A stretch of DNA of 63,661 bases, filler included, from Octopus bimaculoides (GCF_001194135.2; 4 parts of 4 records of this genome joined end to end with filler, not necessarily neighbours in it); one strand, 5' to 3'; positions 25,811-39,419 are shown, counted from the first letter of the whole stretch. Notes: a model not told the origin generated them from the sequence alone. Numbers and translations: made by a program.

Positions 25811-26558
25811 AACAATGGCTTGGATTCTTGATTATGTTTAGGAAACATATAATCGTAAATTCTGTTCCTTAAAGGACTTTCTCATTCACAAATGTTAGCA
25901 CAGTCGTGATACTAATCGATTGGATGCTTCGATCTCTTACTTCACTTCACTCGATCACTTTTTTTTTACTGACTATGATTTATCTGCAAACTAACTTTGC
26001 ATAAACATTCAACGCCATAAACGTTCTGAGTTTTGTTGGGATACTAGTTTCTGAATGCGCATCGCAAAAGCTTGTACTGTTAATGGGGGACTAGCATGAA
26101 AATATGAATGAAATAGAATATGTGTGCGCGCGTTTGTGTATACCTGTTTATGGGTGTGTGTAACTGGATTTTCCTTGGTTTTAAGGATGGAGACTCAGTT
26201 CTTCCATCAAATAGATAACATAATCGTTGAATTAACGTTAAATTGATTCTGCTGACACGAATCAATTTAACGTAGTTATCTGGGAAAATAAGTCCGTCAT
26301 ATTACTTATTTTTAAATTACCAAATTTTCGTCTACCGAATTTATCAATCCACACATTTATTCGAGCGTAGAGCAAGAAGATATGCAGAGGTATCGGACCC
26401 AGAACCTCGTGGTTTGTATGTATGTAACCCTGTCAGTCAGCAGCTATGTCTTAAACTCATCATCTGAGGGCTCATCAACGGTGGGATTGTGCTATATGAT
26501 GGGGTGTGGTGTGTATGTTGATGGTACGGCTATCATCTGTCAAGATGAAGCAATCATC

Positions 26559-26591
<33 letters not shown>

Positions 26592-26615
26592 TGTATGTGT
26601 GTATGTATGTATATA

Positions 26616-26804
26616 TTCACCTCAACTGGCCCTGCTCTCCTTAACATCATATCAAGACGCATAGGAGAAGAAAAATATTCCTCAATATTTAAACGTTTCC
26701 TGGACGATTATCTCCAGCATATTCCAGATAGAACACCTATCACCGGATATATCTCTACTAACAATAACTCTCTACTCGAACGGGCTATATTGCCGAAAGA
26801 ATGA
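26616..26804 (+). mobile_element. CR1-group LINE ORF2 C-terminus (possibly the same insertion as 25483-25810)
   Basis: FTSTGPALLNII...IFKRFLDDYLQHIPDRTPITGYISTNNNSLLE matches F...GP.L.N.LP......FK..LD.FL..IPD.P...GY...N.NSL. Confidence 0.7.
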
Positions 26805-26880
26805 CTAATACGAAACATCATTAAATATCTTATCCAGGTGATGTATATATACATGAATACACACATACATACATACATGA

Positions 26881-26925
<45 letters not shown>

Positions 26926-26961
26926 CACACATATATATATATATGTATGTANNNNNNNNNN

Positions 26962-27000
<39 letters not shown>

Positions 27001-27264
27001 CTGAGGTGTATTCCGTTACGAACGCATTAGAGTACAAAATAGAGCTCGTTCACCCTTAGAATTATCAAATACCCGGCAGTATTATGGTATGCTACCAATT
27101 GTAGTGGTCATTAAACAGCTGTCGAATCGTACTCGCTCTGCTTTTTATTCTTTCCTTTATATGTGTGTATACACACACACACACACACCCACACACCCGC
27201 ACACACACACACACACACCCAAACACATATATATATATGTATGCATTTATGTTTATATCTATAT

Positions 27265-27443
27265 GATTGATCGCTAGCTACTAAAGCTTTCTTTTTTTTA
27301 TTCTGTATTTTCTCGTGTTCCTTTCTGTTGAAGAGCGTAGGCTCGAAACGTAAAAGACTTTTTCAACTTCCCGAGCGTTAAACTAATACAGCTGTTTATT
27401 GTTTACACACCTGTCTTAGTCTTTTATTTTTTGTAAATTCCAA
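27265..27443 (+). mobile_element. Short PLE pLTR-like repeat, copy 1
   Basis: Homologous to 56668-56880 (-), 62300-62470 (+) and weakly to 59845-59975 (-); contains gaagagcgtaggctcgaaacgtaaaagac. Confidence 0.7.
27321..27356 (+). ncRNA. Minimal type I hammerhead-like motif with variant core
   Basis: CUUU-CUGUUGA-A-GAG(CGUAGG)CUC-GAAA-CG-UA-AAAG. Confidence 0.5.
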
Positions 27444-27543
27444 NNNNNNNNNNNNNNNNNNNNNNNNNNNNNNNNNNNNNNNNNNNNTTAATTAATTAAN
27501 NNNNNNNNNNNNNNNNNNNNNNNNNNNNNNNNNNNNNNNNNNN
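27444..27543. other. Artificial scaffold linker: 44 N + TTAATTAATTAA + 44 N
   Basis: Exactly 100 bp with stop codons in all six frames; identical structure at 51260 and 57449. Confidence 0.95.
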
Positions 27544-27684
27544 ATATATATATGTATATATATATTTATATACTTATAAATTGAGTTTATTTTCAGCCTC
27601 CCCTTCTCCATCTCTCTATCACTATGTGCGCGCGTATGCATGCGTGTGTATATATGCAAGTGTCTCTCTATGTATGTATGTATC

Positions 27685-27718
<34 letters not shown>

Positions 27719-28188
27719 TGTATGTATGTATCTATCTATCTATCTATCTATCTATAGACGCTGATATTCCAGTGCTCTTAATTATAATTATATTTTTATA
27801 ATTATATACTTATATATATATATATACTACATAAAATATTTTTAGACAAACCAGAAAAGGTTTTGTAAGTTACAGAGAGAAAGCTACTACGGAAGACTCA
27901 TAATATAATAATATCTGTATAATAATATACCATAGTAATATATATCTTCCGATTCTGGGTGGTGTTAGTTCATCATTTTGCAGCCAATTGCTTGTATTTT
28001 AAAAATTGTCGCTTGAAATCGGAGAATATATATTATTAAGATATAATATTATTAGGGACAAAATCCAAAATTACAGGTAAAAAACTCAATTAAAATCAAT
28101 TTATAAAAAATTAAAATTAAATTGAGCCTTATAGATAAAGTATATATAAAATATATATAGTTTTAGGGAAAATAACCAATTATTATTA

Positions 28189-28245
<57 letters not shown>

Positions 28246-29679
28246 TATACCTACGATCGTCTCGGAATTCATAATTCAGAAAAATAGACATGCGTATATT
28301 TGTTAATAGAATGAGTATATCAATAGGGTATCCGTGTTTTTAACACACTTGCTATCCCCGAAGAGCACATGCATTCAATAATAACTCAGTTACCTAATAT
28401 CCGATGCGAAATCGATAGTAAAATCGACTCTAAAAGATCTATAATGCTGTCTATTTTGGTTAATATAAATGTACCTACATATATATGCGTTCGCGCAATC
28501 ATATACATATATTCATGCATATTTTCTTATACGTATATGCATGTGTGTGTGTGTGTATCTGTGTGTGTGTGTATCTGTGTGTGTGTGTGTGTGTGTGTGA
28601 CTGTATGTGAGTGTACGTATATACGTATATGCATATGTATATACGAACATAAATGTATGTGTATGGATACATGTGTTTATATACGCATATTAATATACAC
28701 ATGCATGTACATACATCCTCACAATCGCACACATACACTTATACACATACACGCACACTTAACTTTGTCAGCTACGTACATGTAAATTCACCATTATCTA
28801 CCTTGTCCGCATTGTTCAACTTCATAAGGTCTATATGATCGAACTGCTTGACATAGGATTCACACCCCACCAAACATCGCACAACATTCTTAACAAATTG
28901 AAAAATATCTATTATAATCTGAGATATGAATGCACAAGGCCTGAAATAAAAGACGCGATGAGCATGTCTTATATGTGTTTGATCATAAGTTTACTCGATC
29001 AAAGAAGTCTTGTGGCTAAACAACATTATTTCAGCTACAATAGAATTACTGTACTTTGTTTTAAAAATCAGTCTTTCCTTTAAAAACCAACCTCTTTCTA
29101 TAATAGTATCATTTTTCTTAGGAGGTACCCTTTACATGGTTGTCAATGGTTAGCTATACCTGCCAAATTTCGCCCAGGCTACCCCTTCTTGTATTATGAT
29201 TGAATATATGGAATATTGTAGTCCGATGCACGTGATCACTATAAAAAGAAATACGAGATGGCCAAAAACGGAATGTCTTTTCCTCTCCGACTAAATCATT
29301 AAAATTACTGCAAAATGATAATCAGAAAACACAAGTCTGTTAAAATTTGATTTGGATTTACCGTCTCATTAAGTGAGACTGACATACACATAATGGCTTA
29401 AGCTTACATAAATCTAATAATTTACGTCATACTCTGCCTTTGCAAAATTACCTTCGGTGAGAAATTAGTTATAAGGCAAAGAGTATGTACATGATGAGTG
29501 TGTAAGGCAATTCCAACTCACAACAATTGTCTTACTGGTTGATACTAATGCCGCCAGCATAGACTTTATCTTTAAAACAATCCTCACAGCATCATGAGTG
29601 AACTGTATTTTAATCGAGCCTATATAGAGAAGTTAGATTGTTCCATGTGATGTGATGAAATGTTATATACATACACACT

Positions 29680-29790
29680 TATCAAATTGCCTTTCATCCT
29701 TTCAGGATCGGTACAACAAGTACCAGTTGGATACCGGGGTCGATACACCCCACCGAAATTGCTGGCTTTGTGCCAACATTTGAAACCAGT
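29680..29790 (+). mobile_element. SINE-B 3' half
   Basis: aattgcctttcatcctttcaggatcgg...aagtaccagttgg...ggggtcgat...gctggctttgtgccaacatttgaaacc. Confidence 0.75.
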
Positions 29791-30663
29791 ATACATACAC
29801 ATATACATACACATATACATACACACACGTGTGTGTATGTCTGTGTGCGTCTGTGTGTATATACGCATGCATGTACGTATGAACATATGTATGTATTCTG
29901 CAACATTATATAATAAATATCAAATAACGTGAAACAACCAAGGAAAAGATTTCAGAGAAACATATATAAGTATGAATACTTATTTAGTATTACTGAGGCG
30001 TGAACTGTTTCTGCACACGGATCTTGCGACTTCCATCATTAGCCAGTTTCAGCAAAAGCGCCAATGAAAATAGTCGGATTCCATCTCTCAGACACATCCC
30101 AACTTCAAACTCGCCATAGTTTTGATAAAACATTCTGTTCTTCATAAATATGCAAGTATTTCTAATATCCAGCGTATTTAAATACTGTCAAATCTAACGG
30201 TAACGTCCTGAGAGAATTTTGTGTAAAAAAGAAAAAAAAAAAATTCTTGACTATTGAAAGACGGTGATGAGAATATCAAGGAATAAACTAGAAAACCATT
30301 TCATAACATATAGGATATTAATTTAAACAATACTAAGTATATCTATAATTTCGTGCATATGTCTGAGTGTGTTGNNNNNNNNNNNNNNNNNNNNNNNNNN
30401 NNNNNNNNNNNNNNNNNNNNNNNNNNNNNNNNNNNNNNNNNNNNNNNNNNNNNNNNNNNNNNNNNNNNNNNNNNNNNNNNNNNNNNNNNNNNNNNNNNNN
30501 NNNNNNNNNNNNNNNNNNNNNNNNNNNNNNNNNNNNNNNNNNNNNNNNNNNNNNNNNNNNNNNNNNNNNNNNNNNNNNNNNNNNNNNNNNNNNNNNNNNN
30601 NNNNNNNNNNNNNNNNNNNNNNNNNNNNNNNNNNNNNNNNNNNNNNNNNNTATATATATATAT

Positions 30664-30706
<43 letters not shown>

Positions 30707-31096
30707 TAGATATATTGGTACATACATATAGACATATGTATGTATGAATGTACATGTGTATCATGTGTATGAGTATAATGTCCTTTCACTTTCTATACTC
30801 TTCCTTTCAAAGTATAGTTAAACTAGGGGCATCTAATAATACAGTAGGTCTCAGAGTTCACATTATTTGTATCCATATCATTAATATTAACATAATGACA
30901 AAAGAAATCGATGTCTTCTATAAAAGAAATCAATGTCGCATAATGTATTTGAGACTATTATATGATATATTTGATTCAATTGTTTGTATCGTATATATTT
31001 GAGCCTAAAATATGAATGTTGTCTGATTTAGTTTACCTTGTGATTTTCTATTAATACGCTCAAAAATATGTTATGGTAAGTGTTATGCAATTTCCA

Positions 31097-31320
31097 GTGA
31101 AGATGCGTCGCCTAGTTGTTAGAGAGTTTGGTATCTGATCATAAAGTCGTGAATTCAATTCCTGAACCGGGGTCATGGGGGTGAGTATTATTGAGCAAAA
31201 CATTTCATTTCACATTGCTCCAGTTTACTTACTTGTGCCACGTCACCTTCTCCAGCCGTCACATCCTGGATGTTCTGCTGAATTCTAGAGTGAAAGGAAC
31301 TAAAGTGTGTCTATGGCTGC
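31097..31320 (+). mobile_element. SINE-C (tRNA-like head), diverged
   Basis: gcctagttgttagagag...gaattcaattcctg...ttgagcaaaacatttcatttcacattgctcc is homologous to 38612-38897 (-) and to heads at about 13688 and 61809. Confidence 0.6.
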
Positions 31321-31932
31321 TCTAGACTATACAGGCGCCTAAAACAATAACTGAAAGCATGTACACACATTAACAAGCCACATTCATTCATTAATGACGG
31401 ATAGGTGTACTTGTACGTAATTTTCATTGTGGTTTCGTGGCTAGAAGATGGTCGGGGTTCACTCTCCTGCTTGCAATATATATCAGATTCAGATTGCATC
31501 GAATAACCAGCGGGAGGAGGCGTCCCCCTTGATTTAAAAATAGTAGTAACGTCGGTTTCTACAAAACAGCCATGTTTAAGTGGCGATAAATGTTATTTCT
31601 CAGTATAGTTACTGCTTTTATCTCTTATAGAGATTTTCTTAACTAGTTAATTTGTTCATTGTATTCTTCCAAACCGAAAGATGATAATTTTCTGGAAAAT
31701 AATAAATAGGTTTAAGAAGGAGCGTTGTTCAAATAGCACCAAAGCTGAATGAAAGCAAACATAGTCGAATTCTCTATCCTTCTGTTATTGGGTATGTTCT
31801 CTGACGGGCCCCCTATTACCTCAAAACTGTCATAAAGTTAACCTAGAAACGTGTTCTTACATGCAATGAATTCAAACCTCATCTAACTCACTAACTTATA
31901 TTTCACTCTCTCACAGTACTGTTTCCCACCCA

Positions 31933-31948
31933 TTCACACACACACACA

Positions 31949-32047
<99 letters not shown>

Positions 32048-32156
32048 ACCCATTCTCTCTATTCCTTACTCATATTTCCTCTCTCTCACATTTTATCTCT
32101 TACGTTTTTTCTCACTCACAAATTTCCTAACGTTTTTCTCACTTCTTCACCTTTAT

Positions 32157-32207
<51 letters not shown>

Positions 32208-32230
32208 ATTTCACTCGCTCTTACTTACTC
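31933..32230. repeat. (CA)n/(CT)n and degenerate pyrimidine-rich tract
   Basis: Directly visible. Confidence 0.9.
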
Positions 32231-32948
32231 CGTCACACTTTCTCCTGCTCACCCCGCTCAAACTTTCTCCCATTCACTCACCTCATTTTCTCCCACTCAC
32301 TCATCCACACTTTCACTCTGTAATTCATCCTCGCACTTACATTCCATCTCTCACACCTATGTGAAAAGGCAAGCATAAATATAGTTTCAACTAGTTTAAT
32401 TTAAAAAAACGATTCCAACAAATGAAAGGCAAACTAAACAAGTCGGAGATTATGATAGTGTAAATACTTTTTATCAGCTGAGTATTTTACATCTACAGCA
32501 AGAATACACATCTGAATAGGTTTACTCTCTCCCATTCTCTCTTCTCCCCCCCCCACTCTCTCTCGAACTGTTTGTTGTTGTTGTTCTCTGTTTCATCACC
32601 AAACTACCAGAGTGAATTATTGTCGTATTCGATGCTCATCCGGCCTGAAGAGAAAGTTCTATCAGACTCAGTCTTTTTTCTTTTTCTTATTTTAGAATTA
32701 TTTCCAGGACAAGCTAATACTGAAGCATCTACATTAGTCACTCGACCTGCTACATACGTACATACATATGTACATACATGCATACATGTATGCATACATA
32801 CATACATCCTTTATTGAAATTCGAATCACGAGAAAAGCATTCAATTTCAATAAATCAGATACTTTAAAACATGCGTTGAACACAATTCTCCAATTCGTTT
32901 GACACGATCCGTTTCTCTTTGTGACTATGCGCTCGCTCGCGGGTGTGT

Positions 32949-32986
<38 letters not shown>

Positions 32987-33700
32987 TAGCCAATATTTCT
33001 TGAAATCAAGTACCCTGTGGTTTTGAAAGTAAGTGACATTGAATAATGAAATTCTAGATACATTGTCTGAAAATAAAAGAAATGATGAGATGGCCTCCAT
33101 CTTGAATGTCTTTGATTATAGATACACTGGAGCCTGGCACGGCTGTTCATCGAAACGACTTTCCAATGAAACGTAATTTCATCGAAAAGGCTTTTCACCG
33201 AAACAACTCTACGGTGAAACGCCATTTTATTGAAATGGCTNNNNNNNNNNNNNNNNNNNNNNNNNNNNNNNNNNNNNNNNNNNNNNNNNNNNNNNNNNNN
33301 NNNNNNNNNNNNNNNNNNNNNNNNNNNNNNNNNNNNNNNNNNNNNNNNNNNNNNNNNNNNNNNNNNNNNNNNNNNNNNNNNNNNNNNNNNNNNNNNNNNN
33401 NNNNNNNNNNNNNNNNNNNNNNNNNNNNNNNNNNNNNNNNNNNNNNNNNNNNNNNNNNNNNNNNNNNNNNNNNNNNNNNNNNNNNNNNNNNNNNNNNNNN
33501 NNNNNNNNNNNNNNNNNNNNNNNNNNNNNNNNNNNNNNNNNNNNNNNNNNNNNNNNNNNNNNNNNNNNNNNNNNNNNNNNNNNNNNNNNNNNNNNNNNNN
33601 NNNNNNNNNNNNNNNNNNNNNNNNNNNNNNNNNNNNNNNNNNNNNNNNNNNNNNNNNNNNNNNNNNNNNNNNNNNNNNNNNNNATATATATATATATATA

Positions 33701-33862
33701 CGACGGATTTCTTTCAGTTTCCGTCTACCAGATCCATTCACAAAGCTTTGGTCGGTTCGAGGTTATTGCAGAAGCCGTTTGCCTAAAACACCACGCCATG
33801 GGACTGAACCCCGAACAATGTGGTTGGGAAGCAAGCTTCTTACCACACAACCATGCCTGCGC
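33701..33862 (-). mobile_element. SINE-A 5' half
   Basis: Reverse complement gcgcaggcatggttgtgtggtaagaagcttgc...gggttcagtccc...gaaactgaaagaaatccgtcg. Confidence 0.85.
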
Positions 33863-34136
33863 TTATATATTTCATTTTGTAAACCAATTTTCAATATAGA
33901 ATTTTTATCATAGCATAAATATAATTTACATTCAAACTCGAATTTAATAATCAAATTTAAAAGACATGAACAAAGCTACAAGAATTTCTACTTGTATCAT
34001 TTTCATAAGTTATGTGCTATAGATTGGTGATAATTAATTATTTCACTCTTCGCAGAATGAGACCTAGAACCAATGGTCTTTAACCATTGCGACGTTTGCC
34101 ACGTTTCATTGTTAACAATAACTCTTAGATAATGGC

Positions 34137-34332
34137 CTCAAATTTGGCACAATGCCAATAATTTAAAGGAAGGGGTGTGTCGATATAATAAGTACAAGCG
34201 TTCAATTGGTATTTATTTCATCGACCGCGAAAGGATGACCTTGGTTGAATTTGAATTCAGAAAGTAAAGAGCTGGGAGAAATGCCACTTAGTATTTTATC
34301 CGAATCGCTAAAGATTCAGTCAGTTCACTGCC
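34137..34332 (-). mobile_element. SINE-B (diverged)
   Basis: caaatttggcacaatgcc...tcatcgaccgcgaaaggatga...gaatttgaattcagaa. Confidence 0.7.
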
Positions 34333-34689
34333 TTATCGAAGTTAGTGATCACAAATTACATAGCTGTCGACAAGAGAGCTTATTTTAAAACAATATTTAC
34401 AAAATTACTCTATTGAACGTCGTTTCGATGAAACGTTATTTTGATAAAAAACCATGGTACCAGGAAATATAATCGTACATGTAAATACGTGGCATACTGG
34501 GGCTGATCTAATCGACTAGCTCCTCCCCCAAAATTTCGGGCCTAGTGCCTAGAGTAGACATTTCTTATTTTGAAATATATATATATATATATTACGATTT
34601 TTTTTAAAGATAAAATTGTAAATTGAAAATTCAGTATCCCGAATAACGATGGGGGAGATGGATGTTAGCTCATTTCTATAGATGTCAAT

Positions 34690-35112
34690 CTTTTCTAGTC
34701 TAGGGAAATTTGGGGGGAATGGGGGGGGAGCTAGTCGATTAGATCGACCCCAGTTCGCAACTGGTACTTAATTTATCGACCCCGAAAGGATGAAAGGCAG
34801 AGTCGACCTCGGCGGAATTTGAGCTCAGAACATATAGACAGACGAAATACCGCTAAGCATTTCGCCCGGCATGCTAACGTTTCTTATTTCTTTATTGCCC
34901 ACGAGGGGCTAAACATAGAGGGGACAAACAAGGACAGACAAAGGGATTAAGTCGATTATATCGACCTCAGTGCGTAACTGGTACTTATTTAATCGACCCC
35001 GAAAGGATGAAAAGTTAAGTCGACCTTGGCGGAATTTGAACTCAGAACGTAGCGGCAGACGAAATACCGCTAAGCATTTCGCCCGGCGTGCTAACGTTTC
35101 TGCCAGCTCGCC
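34690..35112 (-). mobile_element. SINE-B head-to-tail dimer (B1+B2), copy 1
   Basis: Two SINE-B bodies with different 3' tails joined at 34884/34885 (...aataaagaaata|agaaacgttagc); same architecture at 57706-58133. Confidence 0.85.
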
Positions 35113-36633
35113 GTCTTTTGTAGATATCAATCGCTAGCTCAATCAAACTGAGTCGAGAGGCATTTCTAGGTTCGAAAAGAAACCTACTGACGGAAAGCAG
35201 CCGGCATCTTGTCTACTTGCGATTTTCCGCCTGTCAGATGACAAAACCTAGGTCTGCCAATGGTGTTCCCAGGTTGCCACTGGATAAAATATTGCGTTGT
35301 CAGATAAACTTGCTCGTTGTTTTCTATTTGACACGCCATCATTACATGTCTAAAAGGAGCTAAAAATCTATTTAAATTTCAAATATGATAAACAAAAGTC
35401 GTAGAGGAAGAATAGAGCTAGTAAAATACCCATAAATTCTACGATAGAAATGTTTTGGTGTTAATTCAAATAACTTTGGAATGCATTAAAATAAGTGGAG
35501 AAAACACAGAGTGAAATTATCTGTCAAGCAATCATTACTGTAGATCACACCTAAGGCGGTAGACATGATATTTATAGTAATATATGATAAAATGTCATTT
35601 TTAAAATATATGAAAATATGAATACAAAATTAATTTTCACAAAGCGCCGAAGTGGTTGTATTCAATGTGATTGTCGTTAAAGAGTAGAAAATAGCTTTTT
35701 TTTTTAAGGTGCTGATTTTCCAGTGACCAAAGTTCTTTACAGATTTGACGAAACCAAAGAGAGAGTCTTTCCGTGGCCTCTCGGTCTGTCAAAAATAGCA
35801 AACATATATGTGTACGTGTGTGTGACTCGGTGTGTACGTGTCTGTACGAGTGAGATGTATGAGTAATTTAAAGAAAAATTAGATGTGAAATAACACAAAA
35901 TGTCCATTGGAATAAATTTCGGTAACGAAGTGAAATAAAGGATTATTAAAAACAATACAACAAAATTCTTGATGCACTGGAATCATATCCACTTCTATTA
36001 AACAATCACCTGATGACTGTTGGGATCAACTCCGAATGAAAAGAAAAGATATCTCAAGAATCCAGAATTCTGTAAAACTGACACCTCAGAGAGAAAGAGA
36101 GGGAGAGAGAGAACATGTTTTAATTAGTGACAGTTACAATGTTAATTCTGTACTTTAGTCATTAATTAAAGAATACATTTATAATAATTTGGTTCACAAA
36201 CAATCGAAAGAGTGCATGAGACATGTTATAGAGCACAAGTATTTGTTGTACATCCTGTGTACAATAAATTCACATGATGCATGTGAAATTCTCAGTATCT
36301 GCGTAATTACCAGATATGTATAGTACAGGCACACACATAGGGGTTCCTCACAGTTTCCATCAATCAAATTTCATTCACATGTCAATGACCGACTCGAGTT
36401 TATAATAAAAGACACTTGCCCAAGGTTCAGCTGGTGAGATCGAACGTTTAACCATGTGATTGCTAACCACATCTCATGACCATAACACCACGTTTACATT
36501 TATTTAACATTCTTTAGAGTTTACTATATTTATTGCATTACATTTTAAAGTATATTAGTTATAAAGTCGAGAAACATTTAAACTTTGATGACTTGATATT
36601 CTAAATAAGCGTTTCTAAAAACACTTTGAATAC

Positions 36634-36670
<37 letters not shown>

Positions 36671-36999
36671 ACAAAAAAACTAAATACAGAATAATTTTGT
36701 AGAGTATGAAATCTAAAATATGAATAACTAAAAAACTAGAAAAAAGTAAACAATATATAATGTCTGAAATTATGTTACAAAGAGGCTCATTAAGCATTCT
36801 AATGGATGAAAGCAAAGTAAGATGCTGCTTTTGTAACATGCACTTAGTACTTATGTAGTCTTAAGTGCTAGTATTATTGGTAAATACCGGTTACTATTTC
36901 AGTAGAAAATTCACAAGTGTAAACTTAAGATACATTAAAGTATGCAAATAAGTTAAGATCAAGAATGAAACGTATCTAGTCTTTACTTTGTGTGCGTGC

Positions 37000-37047
<48 letters not shown>

Positions 37048-37099
37048 ATATATGCGTGTTTGTGTGTGTGTGTGTAGTGTATTTATTAATTTTTACAAG

Positions 37100-37560
37100 C
37101 TTGACTTCGAAGGTTCAGTTCACTAGCAGTCATCAGACTTGGTTTAGTTTCATTTCCAGGCCCCATATATGGTGTTTTTTGGTCGGGGGTATTTTGGTGG
37201 GTGGAGCAATGTGAATGGAAATTAGATGTGGTATAACTGAGTATGCTGACAAAAAAAGAAAAAGATAGAACTAATTGTGCAAGAGGTGGGTCGAGAAGTA
37301 CAGGTGAAAACTATGATTGTGATTAGTCAGTGAAGTGGAAGCTTATGGCGGCAACATTTCTCCTGGTTTGATAAAGGCAGTTCGTTATTCTTTGGGTTCA
37401 CTGGGGCATGTATGTATGGAAAGGTTTCAGGTGTAAACTTTTATAGAGGTTCATGTGGAAGATGTTTCGTTTAGGTCGTAGTTTGTGATGCTTGAAGTTT
37501 GTTTTATGATTAATCTTCGCATATAAGACGGTGTTCTATTTTATAGTTCATACGAGAATG
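37100..37560 (-). mobile_element. Possible highly decayed PLE 3' fragment
   Basis: INHKTNFKHHKLR resembles the NHK.SFRH.K.R stretch of PLE GIY-YIG; a CUGAUGA lies downstream near 37132-37138 but lacks a clean helix II/GAAA. Confidence 0.3.
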
Positions 37561-37757
37561 CTTATAAATAATATCAGTCTGTTTGTGTTTTAACAGAGTG
37601 TAAGTCAGAAAGAGTTCAAAATTAGTGTTGGCATCAGAAACTTGCTTTTACGAAATTTTTTAATATCTTTATTGGAAAAGAGATGGAATTAAAAAAGATT
37701 TTGTTGCTATAACTTATTTATTGGAGTACCTTAATATATTTCTTACAGGGCTATATA

Positions 37758-38594
37758 CGAGTTGATATCAAAAGGTTCTGGGACTAGTTTTGCAGCGAGC
37801 CAACAGTTGCATGAACAGTGAAATCTAGCAGTGACCTTCATGACGCAGTGTACCTAGGAACGTTGCTGTGTTTACTTCGCAAGTTGTGAAATTTGTGTTT
37901 TTGTGATCACGTGTATGCTGTAGTCTGCAATTTTATCATGGAGAGGATGTTGGAACAAAGAGCCAACGTGAAATTTTGCATTAAACTTGGGAAGTCTGCA
38001 ACAGAGACATTGAACAGGCTTGGGCAAGCTTACGGTGACGAAGCAATGGCTCGGACGGAATGTTTCAGGTGGCACGGGTGGAAGAATGTGCCTGGAAGGC
38101 GATGGGCGATCTGGAAAACCTGCCACAGGCGTCACACTCAGAAATGTAAAGAAAATTCATCAGCTTGTACATGTTGGTCTGTCGTATAGGTCCGTGCCGG
38201 CAAACCTAACGCCTGGATTCTTCATGATGGCAATGCACTCTGGCACTGAGCTCTCCTCACTCGTGAATTTCTCGCCAAAAACAACGTGGTAATACCTCTG
38301 CACTCGCCCTATTCACAATATTTAGCACCTGCGGACTTCCCTCTCTTACTCAAGATAAAATTACAGGCAGCTCAAATGTCTTCGTTTTAACACCGTTGTC
38401 GAGTTCAAGAACGAATCTCAGGACGAATCTCTACTCGAAAACGATTTCCAGGCTGGATTCCAAAAGTAACAGAAACGCTGGGACCGGTGTATTGCTGCGC
38501 AAGGTAACTATTTCGAATAGATGATGTTAAAACTTAGATAAATAAGTAATTTTTTTAAACATTACTAGTACAGGAACTTTTTGATACCACCTCG
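37758..38594 (+). mobile_element. Non-autonomous mariner with both TIRs and TA target duplication, internally deleted
   Basis: TA|cgagttgatatcaaaaggttctgggactagt ... actagtacaggaactttttgataccacctcg|TA; MLEQRANVKFCIKLGKSATETLNRLGQAYGDEAM..T.CFRWH and HSPYSQYLAPADF. Confidence 0.9.
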
Positions 38595-38611
38595 TATGGT
38601 GGACTCTCTCG

Positions 38612-38897
38612 TCAAAGACGACGTATGAGCGTTCAGCTTTTGCCGAACGACCGCCACAATCGATTTCTTTATAGTGATCAAATGTCTGTGCCACACATTA
38701 GCTCACTGTCTCCATCAAATCGACGTTCTTTGAACAGGTGCACGGTGTGCCACGCGTCAGGTCTCGAAGAGATCGCAGGGCAACGTGAGATGAGGTGTTT
38801 TGCTCAAAAATAAATTTCGCCACCAAGTTTGGGAATTGAAATCACGATCTCACGATTGTGAGTGCAACACCCTAGTCACTAGGTCATGTGCCTTCAC
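38612..38897 (-). mobile_element. SINE-C, near full length
   Basis: Reverse complement gtgaaggcacatgacctagtgactagggtgttgcactcac...gatttcaattccc...ttgagcaaaacacctcatctcacgttgc. Confidence 0.7.
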
Positions 38898-39087
38898 ACA
38901 GAGTCAGTTATACATATACGAATATAAACATATGCGAATATGTAACTTCACATCTGTTTGTGTATCCAAATATATACATATTGACGATGCATATTTCCGT
39001 CGAGATATGTGTCTATGCGCATTTGTAATGATATATAGACATCAACATGTATATATTTTCATATCCATATACCACATGCATGTATGT

Positions 39088-39245
39088 ATTGGTTTCAAAT
39101 TTTGGGACAAGGCCAACAAATTCGGGGGAGGGGATAAATCGATTATATCGACCCCAGTACTCAACTGGTATTCATTTTATCGATCCCGAAGGGATGAATG
39201 GCGAAGTCAACATCGGCAAAATTTGAATTCAGAACGCAAATGACT
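39088..39245 (-). mobile_element. SINE-B 3' two-thirds
   Basis: caaattttgggacaaggcc...gtcgat-like core...ttatcgatcccgaagggatgaa...aatttgaattcagaacg. Confidence 0.8.
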
Positions 39246-39419
39246 GAGGCAAATAAAAGAATAACAGAATACCAGAAAAAACGTTCCGTACCACTAAACC
39301 AAGAATGTTCTTTCAATATGTACGATGTATTTACACGTTTGTGTAACAGATATTTTGGTTGGATTACATAGTCAGTTGTGTTACGTTACTTTCTATATTC
39401 TGTAACTGTCACAATATAC

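Larger units (their letters stand above)
33133..34464. mobile_element. Putative foldback-type DNA element with about 16-bp subterminal repeats, interrupted by a gap and SINE insertions
   Basis: Left end cctggcacgg-gttcatcgaaacgac with repeated ttcatcgaaa/ttcaccgaaa units (33146-33240); right end gtcgtttcgatgaaacg...ggtaccagg (34419-34464) is the reverse complement. Confidence 0.45.

Noticed and set aside
32696-32757. Strong acceptor with a 62-nt candidate exon
   Set aside because: The donor is weak (GTACAT, the start of a TACA microsatellite) and the peptide is unrecognised.
36010-36045. CUGAUGA as a hammerhead core (also near 24090, 44245 and 54031)
   Set aside because: No correctly placed GAAA/NUH or helix I partner.
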